Assembly: GCF_003704095.1 (NCBI RefSeq)
Contig: NW_020847248.1
Span: forward strand, 124,001-188,000
DNA from: Pocillopora damicornis
Lineage: Eukaryota
Direction: 5' to 3'
DNA: 64,000 nucleotides
The translations under genes and the position numbers were made by a program. Below are positions 59,886-64,000 of the stretch, piece by piece (the stretch's first letter is position 1; each line of letters starts with the position of its first letter). Below the pieces are notes generated by a model that was not told the DNA's origin, searched no databases, and worked only from the letters and a program-made list of their open reading frames with translations.

Positions 59886-62800
59886 GTTACAAGCTTCTAC
59901 AAGAATAAAAATATGAGAATATTGGGGTAAGGATCCATTGCTGTTTACATCGTCTTCCCCTCAGTCTGTTCGGTTCGTCATTCAATAAATCCTGCAATCT
60001 GACTATTTTAAACCTGCAATCTGACTATTTAAACTACGCAAGTTGGCATTTAATTTACCTCTTTTGGCTCTCTCCCTCTCAGCTTATCATAACAAATAAT
60101 TCATGCTTTTTGAAGACGTTTATAGGGAGCAATGGCTAACTTGTAAACTTCTCTTTCACAAGCTCATGTAACAGAATACACCCTGGTGCGTTTCTCTCCT
60201 GGGTATATCATTTCGTTTCGAAACCTTTTAAGGTTTTTAGGACTTTGGAGCGTTTGACGAAGTTTTAGGATGGTGACTAATGCACTGAAACCGAAATCTG
60301 CGGGATGAACTTCACAATAGTTTGATTTTTGCTTTTCGACAAGCAAAATTGTTGTTTAATAGTATGCATGAAAACGGCACAGGATAGCAGACAACAAAAA
60401 CATTAACACAAAAAGACAAAATTGCTGGAAAGAATATTGACCAAAAACGACCGAGGAAGGTCGGAAATGGAGAGGACTGGCACAGACTCAAGACGACAAT
60501 CGTAAAAACTTAAAATTTCTTGGAGAACCATAACCTACCTCGTAGCTTTTGCAAAGTAACTGAAGTAACGATTACTTTTTGACTATTTTTCTTACACCTC
60601 CTTCGAAAAAAATTGTATCTACCCTAAAACATCTTATAGAACTTGTAAGTAGACCACTGATCATGAACGCTCATTTGGCGTGACCATAACTTCATGTCGT
60701 AATTTGCGATTTTCCCAGTCTGTGTTAAGTTTTTTTTTCCAGTAGCAAACGTTTATATGGTTATATTAGACCTCTCGATCACATTAAAACTACTAGCGTT
60801 AAAATAGCCAAATGTTGAAAAATTAACTCGAAATTAAAAGGTGGTTATCACCTAAGCTGCCGGAACTGAGTCAGCTGTACGATTGAAATCCGGAACGAGC
60901 CTACTTCTTCACACTGAAAACAATTTTGTTAATTAAGGGAACCAAAGGATGGCTTCCATTCTAAACTATGCAAAGCTAAGAACAGCACTCGGAAGCAAAA
61001 TTTAAAAAAATAACAACAACAACAAGTTATACCCACCGCTTGGTATTTTAGGAACTGGAAATCGGTAAATGTCTTATCTTTGCTAAAATCTCCTGGAAAC
61101 AAAGCTTTTGTGGTAGTAGGGCTGAAAATTCACCAAGAGCAACAAGTAATTCTTAATCACTGTGAAAGCGTTCTTCAATTTCAGAGAGAGTTTGCCTTCC
61201 ACTGTCGAAAAAAGAAGGAATGATAGGAGTAATCATCAACCTTTCTTAAAAAGGACCTTTTGGTTTCGGAAGAAATTTAATCGATGAAAAAAAATTTATT
61301 TATATAGGAAAAGTGGATAAGATAAGATAAGAGATCAGTAATCACTTTCGCCCCATTCCCACGCGAGGCTCCCGGTCCGCTCAGGAATGGAAAGGCTTCC
61401 TATCCTTACTTCCTTTTCACTGCTGAGAATTGTTTCAATCACTCGAAAATGGAATTGTTCTAAACGGCTGAGTCATTTATCATACAACACGCACTTTAAC
61501 GCGCACTTTCCTCGAAAAAATTACGACACTGATTACTCGAAAGAGAGCCATACGCGAAGAAGTGGGCACGGGCCAGAAAAAGCTGTACAGTCTGGCGTAC
61601 GGCCCACCAAGATGCGAGACAGAAACAATCAGAAAAGAAAGAGAGAAAGCAGCGGCAATGTTAAAAATCATATTGGCGCTCCGTTGCCTTAATACGGTAA
61701 AATGGCGTAATGAATGGTGGAATGATGAATTCATGTTATTCTGTGAAGGTCGACATAGGCCCACGGTCGCTGGATCGAGGATTGACAACAGTCGTTCAAA
61801 CGACAGAGCAACATCTGGATAGTGATTTTAATAGAAATCGAATTTTTCGCAATGACCCTGTTTGTTTCACACTTATGTGACTTACTACTCAATATTTCGA
61901 CTAAGCTTAGATAGATACATGTGATTACATAAACAATATAATTTCAGTAGTTCGCGACTACCGCACAAACCTAATATCAATTGAAACTAGACGGAGTAAG
62001 GATGCCTAACAATTGCAGGATTCCTACTGAGTTGGTTTCCGCCCAACAAACAGATGACAAACAGTCTCCCTTTTAAAAAACTACCCGTTCTTCGTTTTGC
62101 AAGACGCCAAAGCGCATTACATGTTTCTCTTCCCGAAATTACTAAACATCCTTGCTTAGTTGTTAGTCAGTAGGATTTTTGTGAACCAAGATATTTATAC
62201 GTTATCTTACAGAAGAGATATTTCATATGAGCTCAAAAGAAAAGTAACTTCATGGTAAATTCTTATGCAGTAACGAGAAGTAACTGTCTTTAGGTTCTCA
62301 GATTTAGAATTTCCTGCAATAGTTTAGCAAACAATACAATTCCCCTAATAATACAGATCTCTATAGGTTTTATCTATTAAGAATACAGATCTTATAACCT
62401 TGAACTCCCTTGATTTGACTCGCAATTCTCCCTTCAGACTTTCATACATTCCCTAGTGAATTAGGCGGAGAATTTGGTATTATACCAAGCTATACCATGT
62501 GAGTGATAATTTTGTGTACTCTTGTCGACTTTGCTTGATAATGTACGAAGTTTGTAAGGGTAAATTACATTTGAATCATATCTGGGAGCTATGAGGTGAG
62601 GGAAAGTTTCTTTTACGCTTAAACTAACCAAATCTATTTCGTCAAACGCAAAGGCAGAAACTGCCGCCCTGCGATAAACGCAAAACTGAAAACCCTCTCT
62701 AGCCGTCGTTATTTTTACAGGAGGAGGCTTCTACTTGACCTCACTGAAAGAGAAGAAATTCTTTTCCTTGCATCTTACGAAGGTCAGCTTTGAGGCACAT

Positions 62801-63422
62801 TGAGACTTACACGTACGTGAAATTATACACAAAATTGTTGTTTTCTTATAAATCTACCAACATAGCTAATCACCGAACAGTTGCCGCAATAAATACAAAA
62901 ATTAGGGCAATTAACAGCGACAATGTTACATTTATAAACAATTCTCAAAGAGCCTTGACATAACCTGCTCCCTGGGTGTGACGGCGGGGTAGGGCCGGAG
63001 GGGGGGTGGTGGTGAGAGGAGGGTAGAGAGGGGGGAAGACCCCCCTTTTCTCTACACTCGAGCTGAATTTTAGCGCAAATCCAATGTGCTGATCATAATT
63101 CAATCCCCTGACTATATTAAAATGTAAGCATTAAATTACTGTGCGTCATGTTTCTTTATATATAATTAATCTCCATCAAGTTATTCGTATCCCCTTTGAT
63201 GATTTAAACTTTTCTACGCCGTTATGATTGCCTCTCCTTTAATAAGGATAATGATCACTTGTTCTCCCTCAATATACAAACAAACACGTTTACCAAAGTT
63301 CAAAACTACCATAAAAAAGCGGTCGACAATATATTACGTCGAAATCGTACACAGCTACCAATGTATTCCGTTATATCATTTATCTACACTAGATTCATTT
63401 GTCTTGTTTTACTGGTTTGATC

Positions 63423-63950
63423 TTATGCTTCTTCGTAGAAACCGTCGATCTCATCTTTGAACATTTTGTTCACAATTGGCCGCCTCAGCTTCAGAGTGGG
63501 ACCTAGAATAAAGTACAAATATAACATTAGGGTCAACAAATCAATATCAACTATATCTCGTATGATATTACAGCGTCCCTTTCAATGCCATTTTTCTCGT
63601 TACGTTAGCGAGCGAATCTCAAAGTTTGCCAGTCAGAGTTCCTGAAGCGATCAGGATCCAAATTCTCCATTTAATCTTAATATACTGTAAAACAGACGAG
63701 TACTGAGAATTACGAAAATTATCGACGAGGGACTATCGCCTGCATGAAACACAAAATTTACAGGAGTGGCCAACAAAGGAAGGCATGGTCATCATATGGG
63801 AGAGTTGACTCTCAGACCTTTGGAGTGAAAGAACAAGGACGGAGCTAAATTGAGACCAGAGTAAACCATTCTTAATTATTCAAACAAATTCTTACCCAAC
63901 TCTCCCCCTGGAAGGGAAAAGTCTTTTTCCAAGATGCGCCACTTCTGCAC
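63423..63950 (-). CDS. Long-chain acyl-CoA synthetase, bubblegum family (ACSBG1/2-like); last two exons only, gene continues beyond the window
   Basis: Exon 63950-63896 (VQKWRILEKDFSLPGGEL) splices in phase 1 to exon 63502-63423 (GPTLKLRRPIVNKMFKDEIDGFYEEA*). This matches the characteristic ACSBG C-terminus. Not in the ORF track. Confidence 0.85.
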
Positions 63951-64000
63951 CTGCAAGAGACAGTAAATTTTAAGATAAGAATTATCGGATAGGACGTGTT

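Noticed and set aside
56619-59916. Short ORFs overlapping the TPR-CHAT gene
   Set aside because: These are antisense or alternate-frame shadows of a long repetitive coding sequence.
36125-63950. LOX and ACSBG as a lipid-metabolism gene cluster
   Set aside because: They are about 19 kb apart, separated by unrelated GTF2H2 and TPR-CHAT genes. There is no evidence beyond proximity.

Overview
Intron-rich, AT-rich eukaryotic DNA, most likely from a stony coral (cnidarian); this is inferred from gene content and repeat style. Manual splicing gives seven complete genes and one partial gene: ASB7-like ankyrin/SOCS-box (-), head-to-head with KATNAL2 (+); an 83-aa secreted His/Gly-rich peptide precursor missed by the ORF track (+); FAM227B-like (-) with two U12-type introns; a 633-aa lipoxygenase (+); GTF2H2/TFIIH p44 (+); an intronless 1240-aa TPR-CHAT protein (-); and the last two exons of an ACSBG acyl-CoA synthetase (-). 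Non-coding DNA carries TTAA-flanked and other MITEs, SINE fragments, a 28-bp minisatellite spanning an assembly gap, and a dispersed repeat with minimal hammerhead-ribozyme motifs. The strongest leads are the lipoxygenase, which has a signal peptide and basic propeptide in place of the PLAT domain, the TPR-CHAT with an intact His/Cys dyad, and the orphan secreted peptide. No database searches were run; homology calls rest on motif recognition.
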